Shown here piece by piece: positions 63,206 through 64,000 of a stretch of 64,000 nucleotides of DNA (positions are counted from its first letter, which is position 1; each line of letters starts with the position of its first letter). Under the pieces are notes generated by a model that saw only the letters and a list, made by a program, of their open reading frames with translations, did not search any database and was not told where the DNA came from. The position numbers and the translations under genes are program-made. Source of the DNA: Vicugna vicugna (lineage: Eukaryota); assembly GCA_013265495.1 (NCBI GenBank), contig MU057801.1, positions 2,572,765-2,636,764 of the forward strand. Direction: 5' to 3'.

Positions 63206-64000
63206 GAGCCCTCCGGTCATGCATGTTTAACTAAGAGTCAGTCACCGGATGCACCCAAAGTCTTGTGCACAAGGAGGCCTGTGGCAGAGCTATTTATCCT
63301 CATGAAAAATTACAAACAACAGGCTTCACACATAAGTTATATGCAAGAGATTACTTTATAGTGCAAAAATTACATTTTCACTTGAAAAATCAATTAAGCT
63401 AATCAATTTATGGTGTGTGCACTCCTGTGTGTCTATTATACTTCAAGAAAAAATAACTAAAAGTTTTATTTTTGAAGAATACTTAATGACATACTTAAAT
63501 GCTAATAATATAATGTTAAGTAAGAGAGAATTGCATGTATCATTGGAGCCGAATTTTAAATATGTATAAAATTGTGTATATAAACATTTGTGTGTGTGTG
63601 ATTGAAAGAAATCCACAAAGATATTGTGGAAAATTGTCTGAGGACAGTGAGATTGTGTGCAAGTTTGCACATTTTCTTGTATTTGCTGTACTCTGCGGTA
63701 CAATAATTCAAATTTCCTGCATAACATTATTGGAGAGAGGGAGGAAAGAAAGGAAGGAAGGAAGGGAGGGATGGAGGGACGGAAAGAGGAAGAGAAATTC
63801 CACGGAGATCCTCTCACTTGACACGTGGACATCTAGGGACAGCTGGAAACGTTGAAAGACTCAAACCCTAGTTACATACGTTTCAATTATTTGAAAAGCG
63901 TTTTTGTGGTTTGGCTTCCAGCCCCCAGTCTCTTCCCAAAGCTCCAGAGTCCAGGAGAAGAAAGGTGCCCAGCGTGTGCCTCCTCCTCTAGACCAGGCAC

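Overview
This is mammalian, not microbial, genomic DNA. It is very GC-rich, with four assembly gaps (10202-10818, 17989-18040, 41502-41629, 42304-42361). The L1 3'-end style and the absence of recognisable Alu, Bov-tA or PRE1 SINEs suggest a camelid (inference). The only protein-coding gene I can support is SYNDIG1 (TMEM90B; dispanin/CD225 family) on the + strand. It has three phase-0 coding exons (2972-3451, 17002-17139, 28223-28381) that give an intact 258-aa protein; the non-coding first exon is presumably upstream of the window. The rest is intron, 3'UTR and intergenic DNA with L1, L2, MIR and MaLR relics, minisatellites, a ~640-bp (TG)n array and an orphan CpG island at ~40.9-43.2 kb. The most unusual structures are a 261-bp AT-rich nested palindrome (40241-40501), an apparent ~0.6-kb tandem duplication inside the CpG island, and pervasive AT-to-GC erosion of old repeats and of the SYNDIG1 N-terminus. 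There are also candidate regulatory elements for SYNDIG1: a uORF, twin miR-137 seed sites and an RE1-like site. I found no convincing novel multi-gene system. Nearly all ORFs in the supplied track are GC-content, repeat or gap artefacts. Repeat boundaries are approximate and family calls are from recall, not from a search.
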